Numbered from the stretch's first letter, positions 42,965 to 62,216 are shown. The stretch: 64,000 nt of DNA from Eledone cirrhosa (GCA_964016885.1 OZ024748.1:55056001-55120000); one strand, 5' to 3'. Numbers and translations: made by a program. Notes: generated by a model not told the origin, from the letters alone.

Positions 42965-44833
42965 TCCATTTACGACTTCAGAAAAAAATATGGCCTCTTC
43001 TGAAACGTTTATGCTCTTACATGTTGGTTAGCTTCAGGTCCATCTTTTTTCATTAGATGTATCTGCATAGTATATGACTATATGCTATTTGAGGCGATTT
43101 GGTTGTTATTTCTAGCAGATTGAGAAAACATGTACGAACTGTTGGCTTCGCTCGTTCCATAGAATATTATCGCTATATGTAGAAGGAATATTTTTAGGGT
43201 AAGTTACGTAGTTCGATGTTCCAGTAATATTATATTGGTTATTGAATCACAAAACAAAAATAAGACTGATTTACCACATAAGAATGCATAAACATGTAGA
43301 CCGATTAAGAAATACAAACATCGACACACAGGCACACACAGAGACACACACACTCAGGCACACATACGCATACACGCATATAAACACACAAACAAACACA
43401 GATATACACGCGCACAGACACACACACAAACACATATAAACACACGCATAGACACATATGCATACATGTACACACACACACGCATATAAGCACACAAACA
43501 AACACACAAACTCACATCTACACGCGCGCACACACACACACGCATAAACACACACACACACACATACACGCATACGCAAATTACGACACCAATATACGCA
43601 GTAATATATGTAGAAGCTATCGTTATATAGAGTAAGGAGGCTTTGAAATACATTTTCTTTAAAATAAAATAAAATAAAATAAAATAAAATAAAATAAAAT
43701 AAAATAAAATAAAATAAAATAAAATATTAAACATGCGAATCTATAAACAAGAAAAATAAAATAAAATTTAAAGAAAACAAAAAGAAATAATTTGAAGATC
43801 TAAATTTAATAAAGATTAAAACAAAGATTAGGCCTACATATACACAAAGAAAGGGATTATAATCACAGAGATAAAATATGTGAAAATATATAATTAAATA
43901 ACAAACAACGAAAATCCAATTTACTTCACACATATAAATACACAAATATACACACAAATATAAACATATACGCACATATATACACAAATTTACACAAACA
44001 TACACACACAAATATAAATTTATACACACATTTATTGACACATTTACACAAACATACACACACAAATATATATATATATACACACATATATATTCACACA
44101 TTCACACGCACAAATATATATATATACACATATATATTCACACATTCACACACACAAATATAAACATATACACACACATATATTGACACATTCACACACA
44201 CAAATGTAAACATATACACACATATATTCACATACTCACACACACACATATAAACATATACACACACATGTTCACACATTCACACACACATAAATATATA
44301 CACATATATATATATATATATATATTATATATTCACACATTCACACACACAAATATAAACATATACACACATATTCACACATACAAATATAAACAGATAC
44401 ACACACATATTCACACATATAAATATAAACATATACACACACATATTCACACATACAAATATAAACATATACACACACATATTCACACATACACATATAA
44501 ACATATACACACACACATATATATATATATATATCCACATATTCACACACCCTATCGCATCAAGCATTAAGAAATAAACGCACAGTTATTATAAGGTGTA
44601 TACACCACACACAGCACATGGCACATCACATACACAGGAAGCTGTTAAATTGGCTGTCTTTAAATAATTATGCAGCTCATTTATGTTATAGGTCGTTAAA
44701 GTATCAAATTTTAACAGATTGATATTGTTTTGAATATAATCAAAGACTTTGTCACATAAGTCGTTTGCACATTTGATTGCATCTACAGATATGCACTCAT
44801 ATGATCACAGGAACACAAACTATATAGACATTC

Positions 44834-44887
<54 letters not shown>

Positions 44888-44985
44888 ACACACTATATAG
44901 ACATTCATATGTATATATATATATATATATAGAGAGAGAGATATATATAGATATAGATATATAAACACACACTATATAGACATTC

Positions 44986-45016
<31 letters not shown>

Positions 45017-45158
45017 GATATATAAACACACACTCACAGAGGCAAAGTTTGTGCGCGTGCAAGAATAATTATATGAAGAAATGTTTCTCTTTTCCTCTTC
45101 CCATACGTACTCACGCACACACACACACACACATATATATACACATACGTCCTCACGT

Positions 45159-45221
<63 letters not shown>

Positions 45222-45343
45222 TATGTATATAATGAAAAAGAACATATACGTATTGCTGACAACGACTCGTAAGTTTTGAGACGTTTTCCCGCAATGTCAC
45301 CTTTTGTTTTTTAATTTAATATATATATACTAATAATAATAAT

Positions 45344-45500
45344 AATTGTTTCTACTTTTGGCACAAGGCCAGCAATTACCCAGTGCATTACTGGTACGTT
45401 ATTTTATCGACCCCGTAAGGATGAAAGGCAAAATTAACCTCGGGGGGATTTGAACTCAGAACGGCAAGGGCCCTCTACCAATACTGCCAATCCACCGCCC
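45344..45500 (-). mobile_element. SINE family A copy with internal deletion
   Basis: Core motif; (taa)n on both sides. Confidence 0.9.
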
Positions 45501-45543
45501 TTATAATAATAATAATAAAATGTGGAGAAGGGGCACACAAGTT

Positions 45544-45600
<57 letters not shown>

Positions 45601-45609
<9 letters not shown>

Positions 45610-45833
45610 TAGGGAGAAAAAGACGATTATTAGGAAGACAAATATATTTTTTTCCCTTTTTATTTTTTTCTCTTTTTTCTGGTTTAAAACAAAATAATTG
45701 ATAAATAAATTAACTAATACCTCAACACTTCACACAAAGTAAAATATTTTGTTTTAAACATTTTCTAACCCAGAAAAAAGGGGGAAAAAAATGTTTCTTC
45801 CTAATAATCGTCTTTTTCTCCCTATTTTCATAT
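45601..45833. repeat. Diverged palindrome between two (TA)n tracts
   Basis: atatgaaattagggagaaaaagacgattattaggaaga pairs with tcttcctaataatcgtctttttctccctattttcatat. Confidence 0.85.
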
Positions 45834-45837
45834 ATAT

Positions 45838-45876
<39 letters not shown>

Positions 45877-45934
45877 CACACTTCAAATATCTATCTATCC
45901 GTATGTATATATATATATCACTCTCCCCACTCAC

Positions 45935-46038
45935 TCTCATGATTATGAGAAGTCTTATTCTTGGTAATATTTCTTGTAATCACAGAACACACTATATAAT
46001 ATGACTGACAAGCAGATGACGTTTGTGTAGTCCCTGAC
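45935..46038 (-). CDS. Candidate internal coding exon (phase 2 to phase 1) of an unknown minus-strand gene
   Basis: Acceptor ttcattttgaaatgttttAG, donor GTGAGT; open reading SGTTQTSSACQSYYIVCSVITRNITKNKTSHNHE; phase matches the 55501 exon. Confidence 0.4.
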
Positions 46039-46636
46039 CTAAAACATTTCAAAATGAAATCAAATCCATTGAAACAAATATGTAAATATATATAAATATA
46101 AAACAAGCTAAAAACAAAGGAAAAACCTCAAAAGAAAGCGTGATCCATCTAATCAATGAAAACCGATGTGTTTTGTTATTGAACACGAAATTACATGAAT
46201 GTTTCGTAGTATCTTAACCTGGCTAATGTAACAGGTCATAGGGAAATGTATTTGCTTTTTTATGACTGTGAATTAGTAGATACATACTCAAAAGTGAAAA
46301 AAAAACATTTTGTAGGATGATGGAATGTTGATAATTTTCCAGGAACACCTCACCTCCTGCATGATAAACATGTTGTGAAATTTAGGTTAATCACTTCTTA
46401 ATATAGATTAAAATCAATGTGTGTATGCTACCAGATATAAACCACAGTTTTACAAAAAGATATCGGGAAATCTCTGCACATCGTTCTAAAAATGGTTGAG
46501 AGTTGTTTTATTAAAATCTGTTCATCTTAGATCCAGAAAGAAAAAAAAAATATCAAGAAGATTGTACAGCCGCAAGCAATTCAATAAACACTGGAATAAG
46601 ATACTGATTAGAAAAATAGTTCATTTGCAGTAATTA

Positions 46637-46803
46637 CTGTTTCTACTTTTGGCACAAGGCCAGCAATTACTCATACTTTATTTTATCGACCCCGTAAGGA
46701 TGAAAGGCAAAGTTAACCTCGGCGGGATTTGAACTCAGATAGTAAAGGGACGTAACTACGCTGGAAAGCATGTCCGACCCTCTGCCGCCACTGCCAATTC
46801 ACC
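46637..46803 (-). mobile_element. SINE family A copy with 13-bp TSD
   Basis: tttgcagtaatta at 46624-46636 and 46804-46816. Confidence 0.92.
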
Positions 46804-47075
46804 TTTGCAGTAATTATGGGAAAAAAGTTTGGTACATTGTAAAGAGAAATTATAAAAATAAATAATCATAAAAATAACGTATTTGATAGCTTTTAAGACG
46901 CTCTTGCTTCCCACAACACGTCTCAGTAAATCAACCTGCGTTGTATATGGTCAAGGGCCAGGTTCAGTTACTGGCTAGTGGAGTTCAAGTGTTGCTAAGG
47001 CCCTTAAGTCAAATTCCCACATTTCCTTATGTTTTAAAATATTACTACTAGAATTACGATGTAGATGGATAAATA

Positions 47076-47124
<49 letters not shown>

Positions 47125-47388
47125 CGATGTACAAACTTTATACCCTTCACCTGACAATCGTCGTTTAAATCGATTATATATCTTTTTAATGCCTCCCCAA
47201 ATTGAGGTGCGTCTTATAAGCCGGCAAATACGGTATATTTCAGTTACTATATGTTTTTGTTGAACCACCTTCCGGTCCGGTTGGATGAGACAACTCTGAG
47301 TGAATCAAACTGAAAATTGTCGACGTTCTTTTGAAAACATTTATATCAAAATATACTGAATGTATGTGATTATATTTATGTTCCTGAG

Positions 47389-47600
47389 TGTGGTGGATTG
47401 GCAGTATAAGTAGAGAGTCAGACAACATGCTTTGCAGCATAGAGTTACGGTCGTTTACGGTCCGAGTTCAAATCTTGCCGATGTTAGATTTGCCTTTCAT
47501 CCTTATAGTGTCGATAAACTATATCACCAGTAACGTAATGGGGTCGATTTAATCGAATTTCTCCTGCCCCAAATTACTGGCCTTGAGCCTATACTAGAAA
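47389..47600 (+). mobile_element. SINE family A copy (an older - copy follows at about 47755-47925)
   Basis: ggtggattggcagtat..gagttcaaatc..gcctttcatcctta..gtcgataaa. Confidence 0.88.
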
Positions 47601-48130
47601 TTATATTTATGTTCCTTCCTTACTTGAACCCGTGACTCCCGAAAGAGTCGTGGGGGCGCCATATTGACATACAGCGTTTATTAGAGCATTTAAAACCGAT
47701 GGTGCTCATCCCTTCTTAAGAGGATAGAGAGTGAGAGAAAGGAAGAGAGAAAGAACTATGGAGGAAGAATCGACCCCAGTATTAGACTGGTACTTTTTTT
47801 ATCGACTTTAAATGGATAACAGGCGAAGTTGATCTCGGCAGTGTTGGAAATGAGAGAGCAGAGAGCATGAACGAATACTGCAAAGAACTCCTTCCGACGT
47901 TCTAACGACTTTGCCAATTCGCCGCCATATATTTATGTGAGGACTTCATAAATCCGGACATGGCCAGGTACGGCCGCTAGTACTACATATAGTGAGACAC
48001 AAAATAAAGTAGAAAAAAAGAAAAGAAAAATAATCAAATCTATACCCGTAACTAGCAAAAAAAAAAAAATCATTAGTTTTATGATTAAGAACGGCAAAGG
48101 AGTTTGTTATGTGAGTTCAGTAAATCTTAT

Positions 48131-48270
48131 ATATCACATAAGAAACGGAGAATCAGTGGCGCGACGAATTAGAATTTATTAGACATATTACAATCGTTTC
48201 TCTGGCGATCAGCTCGAGGCACGATCGATGCGATGATCAAACCACTGATTCTCCGTTTTTTATGTGATAT
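48131..48270. repeat. 29-bp inverted arms around an 82-bp spacer (pLTR-like)
   Basis: atatcacataagaaacggagaatcagtgg / ccactgattctccgttttttatgtgatat. Confidence 0.8.
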
Positions 48271-48342
48271 TATACTCTGCTCTGTAAGAGCATCGAGTGC
48301 TCAAACGGCCTACCGCGTACAGAAGCTTTAAGCATCCCACAC

Positions 48343-48434
<92 letters not shown>

Positions 48435-48688
48435 GTTATATATATATATGTATATATATAATATATATATATAAACCATCTAATAGAAATACACTCAATC
48501 CTGTACTCAACCTGACGGCAGTTTTATGACAGAAATTACCAAAAATGAAACAGAAATTCGAAAATTAAAGAGCGATATGGGGGGGGGGGGGTAGTGGCAT
48601 TTCCCAAGAAAAAAAGAGAGAGAAGAAGGAACAAGGAAATAAGAGACGGAGAGAGAAAGTAGTGGTTAGAAAGAGAGTGAGTTTTAAT

Positions 48689-48764
<76 letters not shown>

Positions 48765-48902
48765 GTGGTGGGTGGGTGGGGGTGATAACTGGGGGGAGAG
48801 AGAGAGGTGGAGAGAGGTGGAAAGAGAGGTAAAGAGAGAGAATGTGTGGTGGAGAGACTGGTGGAGAGAGAGATGGAAAGATTGGTAAAGAGAGAGAGAT
48901 AG

Positions 48903-48941
<39 letters not shown>

Positions 48942-49704
48942 GAGAGAGAGAGAGGGGTGGAAAGATTCGTAAAGAAAGAGGATGTGTGGTGGAGAGAATA
49001 GTGGAGAGAGAGGTAAAGAGAGAGAATGTGTTGGAGAGAGAGGTGGAAACAATGGTAAAGAGAGAGAATGTGTTGGAGAGATTGGTGAAAGACGAGTGAA
49101 TGACATAGAAACTGAAATAAGACATAAACCAGTAAGTAGCGAAAAGATTAGAAGAAGAGATACAGGAAAAGAGAACGTAGATAAGGTGTCAACTTGTAAG
49201 AGGATAGAAAATGAAGATAAGATCACCAAGATAGCAAATATTAATTTACATATTCTTATTTACTAAGATGTGTGTATATGTATGTATTTTGTAGATCATG
49301 ACTATGTGTCAGTGTGTGTGGTAATTATATATTGCGTACGTTTTTAAGTAAAAAAAACACATAAAACTTATGAGCCACATGAGAAATGTTAGAGGTTCCT
49401 CTACCGACAATCTAATCCAGAAAGTAGAAGAAACACCAATTATAGTTTTCAGTTAGTTATTACAAATTAGAGCGTTGTAAAGGTGATATATATATATATA
49501 TTTATTATCTTCGTTTTTTTCCGTTCTTTGCAGAGATCGTTTCCACGAACCAAAGTATCGTCTTCCTGTCTTCCTGTCTTCCTTCGTTGCAACGTTTTTT
49601 GTAGTATTTACTTCTGCGTTCACAGATTGACCTTTTAGTTTCAGAAGATCCCGTTTATGGTGAAAGCAGCGATTCTTTGCTTAAACTTTAATCTGTTACT
49701 TTAA

Positions 49705-53840
<4,136 letters not shown>

Positions 53841-53921
53841 ACGCATTGTTCCGTGGCTGGCAATTACAACCTATAATTCTGTCTACTCTCCGTTGAGATT
53901 TGATTGTATTCTTCCAGTTTG

Positions 53922-53957
<36 letters not shown>

Positions 53958-54029
53958 CTACATACACACACACATATACACACACACATATGTATATATT
54001 TCTACATATATATATATATATAATTATAT

Positions 54030-55010
54030 TGAATATAAAAGAGAGATAAACACTGATATATAAATATATGTGTTCAAAACGTAAGCGGCCAGATTCGCTA
54101 AGGTGAAAATAAATACAAACCGGAATTGTGGTAACCACCAATCATCCAGACAGCGTCTGGCTATGCTTTTTCGCAAATTAATTGTGAAGAGGATTACCAA
54201 TTCTTACTCATAAGTGGGTGAAGAATTAGTAAGATCCTCACTTCTAAGTATATCAGAAAACTGACTAGTGTGCGTATATATAATAACGCAGATTGTATCA
54301 GAACTTAGCGTGTCTCACAAACTCACACCAGTAAAAATAACAGCCAAGTTTACTCGACATTTAAATTAGCTCAACAAATTGGCGGAGCCGAATATATCAA
54401 AGGTATATATCGAGTTAGAAACTCAAAATAGTCTCTTAGAATAAAATAGGTCTAGGAAAGAGATTTTTCCGAGCCGTATATTTTAATTGAATATAAAAAG
54501 AGATAAACAGATATTATACATATATGTGTTCAAATCGTAAGGGACCAGATTCGTAAGACCACAATTCCGGTTTGTATTTATTTTCTTGATTTATTCTTAA
54601 ATTGAGTCTGGCAAACCCTATTGTCCATAGTATTTTTATCACCTTAGCGAATCTGGTCCCTTACGATTTGAACACATATATGTATATATCTGTGTTTATC
54701 TCTCTTTTATATTTCATTATAATTATATATATATGTAAAAATATATATATACTAACTAAAATATAATTATATATATATATGTAGAAATATATATATACTA
54801 ACTAAAATATAATTATATATATATATACTAACTAAAATATAAAATACTAACTAAGGACAATAGGGTTTGCCAGACTCAATTTAAGAATAAAACAAGAAAA
54901 TTAATACAAACCGGAATTGTGACCCTAACGAATCTGGTGCCTTACGATTTGAACATATATATGTTTATATCTGTGTTTATCTCTCTTTTATATTCAACTA
55001 TAACATACGG
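54030..55010. repeat. Nested direct and inverted copies of one about 150-bp unit
   Basis: atataaaagagagataaaca..gtgttcaaa.cgtaag.g.ccagattcg at about 54030 (+), 54488 (+), 54640-54716 (-), 54930-55000 (-); 54473-54630 inverted at 54850-55010. Confidence 0.85.
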
Positions 55011-55077
55011 CACTTCAATTATAATGTATGCACTTGTAACAAAATAAATCACTAAAAAATAAGATGCACAGGGAGAA

Positions 55078-55117
<40 letters not shown>

Positions 55118-55158
55118 GGAGAGTTGTCTATGTATGAGCGAGAGAGTGAGAGAGAGCC

Positions 55159-55194
<36 letters not shown>

Positions 55195-55298
55195 AAGGGG
55201 GGGGGGGGGGAGAGCTAGGGAGAGAGAGAGAACCAGGGAGTGAGAGCCAGGGAGTGAGAGAGAGAGCCGAAGAAAGTGAGAGCCGGAGAGAGTGAGAG

Positions 55299-55341
<43 letters not shown>

Positions 55342-55500
55342 GACAGAGAGAGAGAGCCGGAGAGAGAGAGAGAGAGCGAGGGAGTGTATGTGAAAGAGAG
55401 AGGGAGGGACAGATAGGGTGTGTGTGTGAGAGAGAGAGAGAGAGAAGAAAAGAAGAAAGATCTACAACAAAAAATGAGCAAAACAAACAAAGAAACATAC

Positions 55501-55676
55501 TTCAAAGAAAAACAATAAGCCGGCGTCTTGGGAAAAGGTCTGGTATTTAGCTGGTACGGTGAGTCGACCTTTCCCTGTTGAGGTCGTTCAGATGAAGTTT
55601 GTACAATCAAGCACCAACAATAGATGTAAAGTAAGATGGCAACTAATGAATCCTGATAGAGAACGATTCTTAACAT
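55501..55676 (-). CDS. Candidate first coding exon with signal-peptide-like N-terminus
   Basis: ATG at 55676, MLRIVLYQDSLVAILLYIYCWCLIVQTSSERPQQGKVDSPYQLNTRPFPKTPAYCFSL-K, donor AA|GTATGT at 55500; non-repetitive island; no homolog recognised. Confidence 0.45.
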
Positions 55677-56656
55677 CGACAAAAGAAGCAAGGATGTCTA
55701 CCGTTTGGTTACTTTCGTTGCCTTCTTTCTTTCCTTATCGTTCTTTCTTACTTTTTATGATTTTGTTTATCTATATTCTATGTATTTATATTTTGTATTA
55801 TTATTATTTTTTGTAATGTTTTTTTTTTTTGTGTTCGTTGCCTTTCTGTCTTTTTTTTCATTGTTTCTTTATTTATCGCTATTTGTTTCTTTTTTCTACT
55901 TTTGGTTATTAATGTAGTTGTTTGTTTGTGTGTTTGTTTGTTTGTTTGTTTGGAAGACGATGTATTTCATGGAGAACTCATCATTGGGTATTGGCAGAAA
56001 ATGTCACAAGATTTGAAGGATTGGAGAAAGAAACGTAAAAAAAAAAAAAATAAAAATAAAAATTAAGAAACAAAATGAATATATATAAAAAACAACAACA
56101 AAAAATTGCAATAAAATAACAGAAAATAAATGATATGAATATAACTAGAATGTGATAAAACGAAATAAAATACAACAACGACAATAACAACAACAAAACC
56201 GACAAGAGGAATAATACGAATAATATTAAAAGAATACAACAAAAACAACAACTACTACTACAACAACCCATAAAAATAATAATAACAATATTAAGAAATA
56301 ACACTTCTACTAATACTACTACTACTAATGGTTTCTTTGAATACGATTTCGTTTGTTTTGCCACAAGGGCGCCAGGTGACTATAACTAATGACAATAATA
56401 AAATCCAAGTAATCTATTATCCCATGAAGCTAAATAAACAACAACAGCAACAACAACAATAACAAGAAGAACAAGAAGAACTAAAGGTGAAAACAAAAAA
56501 AGAAAACAGTAAAAGAAATTATAAAAATATAGTAAAATAGAGGAAAACATACAATATAATAAGGAACGTTGATAAATATGATGGAAAACAAGAAACTCTG
56601 CGAGAGAAAACCAAAATATAACAAGATAAATCGAAGGAAGATACTACAAAAATACG

Positions 56657-56692
<36 letters not shown>

Positions 56693-56700
56693 ACATATAC

Positions 56701-56736
<36 letters not shown>

Positions 56737-56772
56737 CACATATACGTATAAATATATATACATATACGTATA

Positions 56773-56820
<48 letters not shown>

Positions 56821-57103
56821 CTCAGATACCTACAGACACACATATATGTATATATGCATATACATATACACATATATATATATACACACAGATATATATA
56901 TATATGCACATATATATACACACACAGATATATATATATATCCACATATATATACACACATATATATATATATATATATACACACACATATATATATACA
57001 CACATATATATATATACACACACACACATATATATATATATAAGAATATATATATATACACCCATATATATATAACTATACACACACACATATATATAGA
57101 GGC

Positions 57104-57137
<34 letters not shown>

Positions 57138-57164
57138 CCATATATGTAGAGTCACACACAAATG

Positions 57165-57196
<32 letters not shown>

Positions 57197-57330
57197 AATG
57201 TATGTGTGTGTGTATGTATGCACTGAAAAAGGAAAACGAAAACGGAGAGGAAGGAAAGAAAGAATTCAAATTCCCTCTAAAGAAAATCGGAAAGAAAGAA
57301 AATAGAAATGATTTCTGAGAGTTTTTGTAT

Positions 57331-57354
57331 CTGATTGGCAGGATATTTCCCGCC
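57331..57354. promoter_or_regulatory. Adjacent CCAAT-box and E2F-like motifs
   Basis: ctgattgg (CCAATCAG on -) and tttcccgcc within a GC-richer unique island about 1.7 kb upstream of the candidate ATG. Confidence 0.25.
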
Positions 57355-57730
57355 GGCTGCTATGGGAGTTGATATCATTAGTCTATTGTAAGTATCTCTA
57401 ATTTACCACAATATTCATACGGATGTTTTTAACTAGGTTAAAATGTTTTCTGGATGGCACCTAAATTTCTCTGTAACGCCGCCAGGCTTTAGGCCAACTG
57501 GCCCGTCTGTCCGATAGTCCGTTGGCTAAAACCTACAAACAAAATAGTTAATAAACCTGAATGTCCAAAAAGAACTGTTTGTATTGAAAGCACCATTGTT
57601 AAGATGTATATACATACATACATGCATGCATATATATATATATACACATACATACATATATATATATATATACACACATATATATATACACATACATACA
57701 TGTCTGTGTGTCTATGTGCGTATCTATCTA

Positions 57731-57770
<40 letters not shown>

Positions 57771-58332
57771 TATATATATATACATCTATATAAATATATA
57801 TATGTGTGTATGTGTGTATGTATGTTTGTGTGTGTATGTTTGTGTGTCTAAATATATATTTTCGTTTACACACACTCTCATATGTATATGGGTATACATT
57901 TACATTCAAAGAGCACAATATGGTGGTGAAGGAAAACATTTAAACTGGACAGGAACATGAAAAAATGTTCAGTAAAAAAAAAAAAAAAATGTACAAAGAA
58001 ACAAAACGAAACGAAAGAAAGCAAAAAATAGACGTGCTTTTGCTTGGTCAAAGAATTACACAAAGATTCGAAATACAGGAAAATAATTGGAAAAACAATA
58101 AAAGTAAAATCGAAGAAATTTTATGGGAAATAAAAATGCCGAGGAACATATAGGAGAAAAGCAACCAAGTGCATTGAGCAGTATGAATGATCGAATGTAT
58201 GCATGTACCTATATATGTATATGTGGTTATATATGTACGTATGTTTGGTAGCATGCGTGCTAGCATGCATGTGTATATCTATGTACGAACAATATATACA
58301 ACTCTATATATATAAATATATATATATACATG

Positions 58333-58392
<60 letters not shown>

Positions 58393-58434
58393 TATATATA
58401 TATATAAATGTATATAAATATACATATATACATG

Positions 58435-58476
<42 letters not shown>

Positions 58477-59605
58477 ATATATGTATATAAATATATAAAT
58501 ATATATGTATATATATAAATATACATAATATATGTATATAAATATATAAATATATATATGTATATATAGATATAAATATATATATATGTATATATAGATA
58601 TAAATAAATATATACATATAAATATATATGTACATAGAAAGATGTAATTATATATATATATATAACAGTCACACACACACACACACATATATATATAGAG
58701 TGTGGGTGAGGTGGTGAAGATAGAGAATGTCAGTGAAGAGTGGACGTCAAAATGAAAACAGTTGGTCAAATTCGTATTGTGATTGTTCTGAATTGTAGAA
58801 TGTTTATTCTTCATGCTTTCATTACGCTGGACACCAGATTTGTTGTTGTTATTGTTTTTTTTCTGACTATGTTTTTATATATCTTGTATTTATTTATTTT
58901 TGCTGTTGTTGTTGTCATGTTTGTTTCACTTTTTTTTCCTTTCTTTCTTCTATTTGAAGATTTTCGTTCATAATTGTGCCAATTAGCGTATCTGGTCTTA
59001 GAGCGAAGAAGGCAATGCTAAGGCGAATGTCCGTCAATAGAACAGGCAGGTACACTAACAGAAAGGTATACAGATATACCAAATATCACCAAACAAACAC
59101 ACAACATGTACATACATACCTACATACATACTTACACACATACATACATACACACATACATACATACTTACTTACATACATACATAAATACATAAATACA
59201 TACATACATACATACATAGATAACGGCATACTGATATACAAACACCACTAAACAAACACACATACAAACAAATACTCAAGCATACATACATACAAACATA
59301 CAGACATACAGACATACAGACATACAGGCAGATATACGGACAGGATAAACAAATAGAAATGTATACATATATACAAACACCACCAAACAAAAACACAATG
59401 ATATATACATACATACATAAGAAATACACATGCATATATACAAACAAACAAACGAGCAAATATGCGGAGATTTAGATAAAGAATAAAAGATGAAAGCAAA
59501 TACTACGGACAAGAGATCTTTAATAATAGGAGAGAAAAAAGAAGGATCTGATGAAAGAAAGGGGGAGAGACGTAGACTTATATATATATAATTATATATA
59601 TATAC

Positions 59606-59688
<83 letters not shown>

Positions 59689-59829
59689 GATTGATAGATG
59701 GACGAATGAAGTGCATTGAAAAAGATTTCAAAACATGCTATACCAAACCGAAAAGCCGAAAGGACATCGGTCAAATTTATTTCCTTTATCTTTATACATA
59801 TATGGGTGTAATCAGGCTTATATATATGT

Positions 59830-59861
<32 letters not shown>

Positions 59862-60297
59862 GTGTGTGTATGTGTGTGTGCGTGTGCGTGTTTATATATA
59901 TACCTGTATGTATATAAATATATATATATATATGTGTGTGTACCCAGCGAGAGAGAGAGAGAAACAGAGAGAAACAGAGAGAGAGACCGTGAAGGAGAAA
60001 GATGCGAGGACAAACAGTGAGGCATTCTCTTTTACTGATAAACTTGATATTAAATAGTTCGATTTCACTGCATCGCATTTACCACTCATAACAGTGTGAA
60101 ATCTTGGAAAAATACCGACGAATTCACATTCAAATTATATAAACAGAAATTATGTTGCTAGAAGCATATTTCTGTCTTAATTTTCTAAATTCCGGATTCG
60201 CAGACAAAAGTTAAGATACAAATTTTGGGGACAAATCTCACTCAATAATCATTCAACCGTCTTCAAAAAAGGGAATAAATGTTTGTATGCGTAATTA

Positions 60298-60575
60298 TGT
60301 AGAGCAGCTCCTTCTCCCAGTTGAGTGATCACAGCTTCGATAGTAAGGACATGTGGTTAGAATGTCTTAGGAAAGAAGCGCTGGACAGGTTTTACAGGCA
60401 AAACCAAGGGACAAGAGACCCAAGAGTAGACCATGATCAAGATGGTGAGATAACATCCATCAACTTGGCCTGGCACGCTTGGGGATCTAACTGGATCAGT
60501 TGGAGACGGTTCCTTCTGACAGGACGCGCTGGAAGGAGTGTTTGAAGACTCTGCTCCTACGACCCTCTCAGGAAT
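60298..60575 (+). mobile_element. RTE-clade LINE 3' end, same family as 5395-5715
   Basis: GHVVRMS..ERSAGQV..AW.RLGI..VPSDRTRWK; ends gactctgctcctacgaccctctcag. Confidence 0.8.
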
Positions 60576-60591
60576 AATAATAATAATAATA

Positions 60592-60974
60592 ATGGTTTCT
60601 TATATAGGCACAAGGCCAGCAATTTTGGGAGAGGGGAAAGTCGATTAAATCGACCCCAGTACGTTACTGGTGCTTTATTTTATCGACCCCGTAAGGATGA
60701 AGGACAAAGTTAACCTCGGCTGGATTCGAACTTAGAATGTAAAGGGCCGTAACTCTATGCCTCAAAGCATTGTGTCCGACGCTCTACCGATTCTACCAAT
60801 CCACCGCCCTTAATAAGAATGATTTCTACTATAGACACACGGCCAAATATTTGGCGGGGAGGAGAAAGTCGATTAAATCGACCTCAGTGTGTGACTGGTA
60901 CTTCATTTTATCGATCCCGTAAGGATGAAAGGCAAAATTAACCTCGGCGGTATTTGAACTCAGATCACCGCCCT
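60592..60974 (-). mobile_element. Two tandem SINE family A copies
   Basis: 60592-60810 full length; 60820-60974 internally deleted. Confidence 0.9.
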
Positions 60975-61724
60975 TAATGATAAGACTAAAACGAAACAAT
61001 GCGTGAACAGATTTAGCAAGGTAGGAACACAGACGCATGGTTTTAGCAGAGATGTGTAACTAAATTATACATACACACATTGCGGTCATCAGCAGGCAAA
61101 CTACGGCTAGTTGGCGAAATAAGATATTTTCTTAACACCGGGATCTATTAAGAAAAACGGAAAATGCAGTCAAACTTGAATTTTTACTTTGAAGGTTTAA
61201 ATCTCTGAAACAAAAATGGCTCTGTCAACGGAATTTAACATTAACAATTAAAATACCCGAAGTACCATCGAGTTTCCCCTGCCCCAAAATTGCTGGCCGT
61301 GTACCTATATCAGAAACCATTATTATGGAGCAATATATCGTTCGTAAATATAACAAGAATATGTTTTTCGTTCAAAGTTTTGTGAGTTTTAATTTTTAAT
61401 GCTAAATTCTGGACGTAGAGCACTTTACTGCGGGGATTTAACAGAAGAGATAATGCATTTAAGATTTACATCATGCTGTCACTAATTTGTCAATATCAGA
61501 GTGTATAGAATTAGTAACCCTCAAGAAAAAACCTCCATTTTCCTGCTGCTGATGGCATTGTAGGTATGTGTAATATATCTGAAATTCGATGGAGTTGTAG
61601 AGAAGATGTAGTAGCATACGACATTTCTAGGACATGTTAAGCCTGACAGAACCCATCCATCTCCAGGTCTGAACACGCAAGATTTTTTTCCAGAGAAGGA
61701 TACAGAATAAGAGAAAGAGATATA

Positions 61725-62192
61725 GGGGAAGAATCGACCCAATACTAGACTGGTATATTTTTTCGACATCAAAAGAATGAAAGGCAAACTTGACCTCGGT
61801 GGTATTTGAACTCAGAGAGCAGAGCGCCAGAACGAATACTGTAAAGCATTCTGTCCGACATTCTGATATCTCTGCCAATTCTTCGCCTTCATATATATAC
61901 TGCAAACTTTGCCTTTCATCCTTACGGGGTCGATAAAATAAGGTAGCAGTAATACACTGGGATAATTGCTGGCCTTGTGCCAAAAGTAGAAACAATTATT
62001 AGGGCGGTGGATTGGCAGTATCGGTAGAGGGTCGGACGCCATGCTCTGTAGCAAAGAGTTACGGCCTTTTATGGTCTGAGTTCAAATCCCGTAGAGGTTA
62101 ACTCTGCTTTCATCCTTACGGGGTCGATAAAATAAAGTACCAGTAATACACTGGGATATTTGATGGCCTTGTGCCAAAACTAGAAACAATTA
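61725..62192. mobile_element. SINE family A cluster: 61725-61890 (-), 61903-61998 (+, partial), 62000-62192 (+, full)
   Basis: Core motif in both orientations. Confidence 0.88.
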
Positions 62193-62216
62193 TCTTAATT
62201 AGAAATATGAATCACA

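Noticed and set aside
57462-57533. Terminal coding exon [23 protein letters not shown] on - strand
   Set aside because: Good acceptor but only 23 codons and no upstream partner exon found; could equally be UTR
61030-61095. Hammerhead on - strand (ctgatga..taaaaccatgcgtc)
   Set aside because: GAAA absent and stem I does not pair
62000-62095. tRNA gene
   Set aside because: A and B boxes belong to SINE heads; no cloverleaf and followed by SINE body
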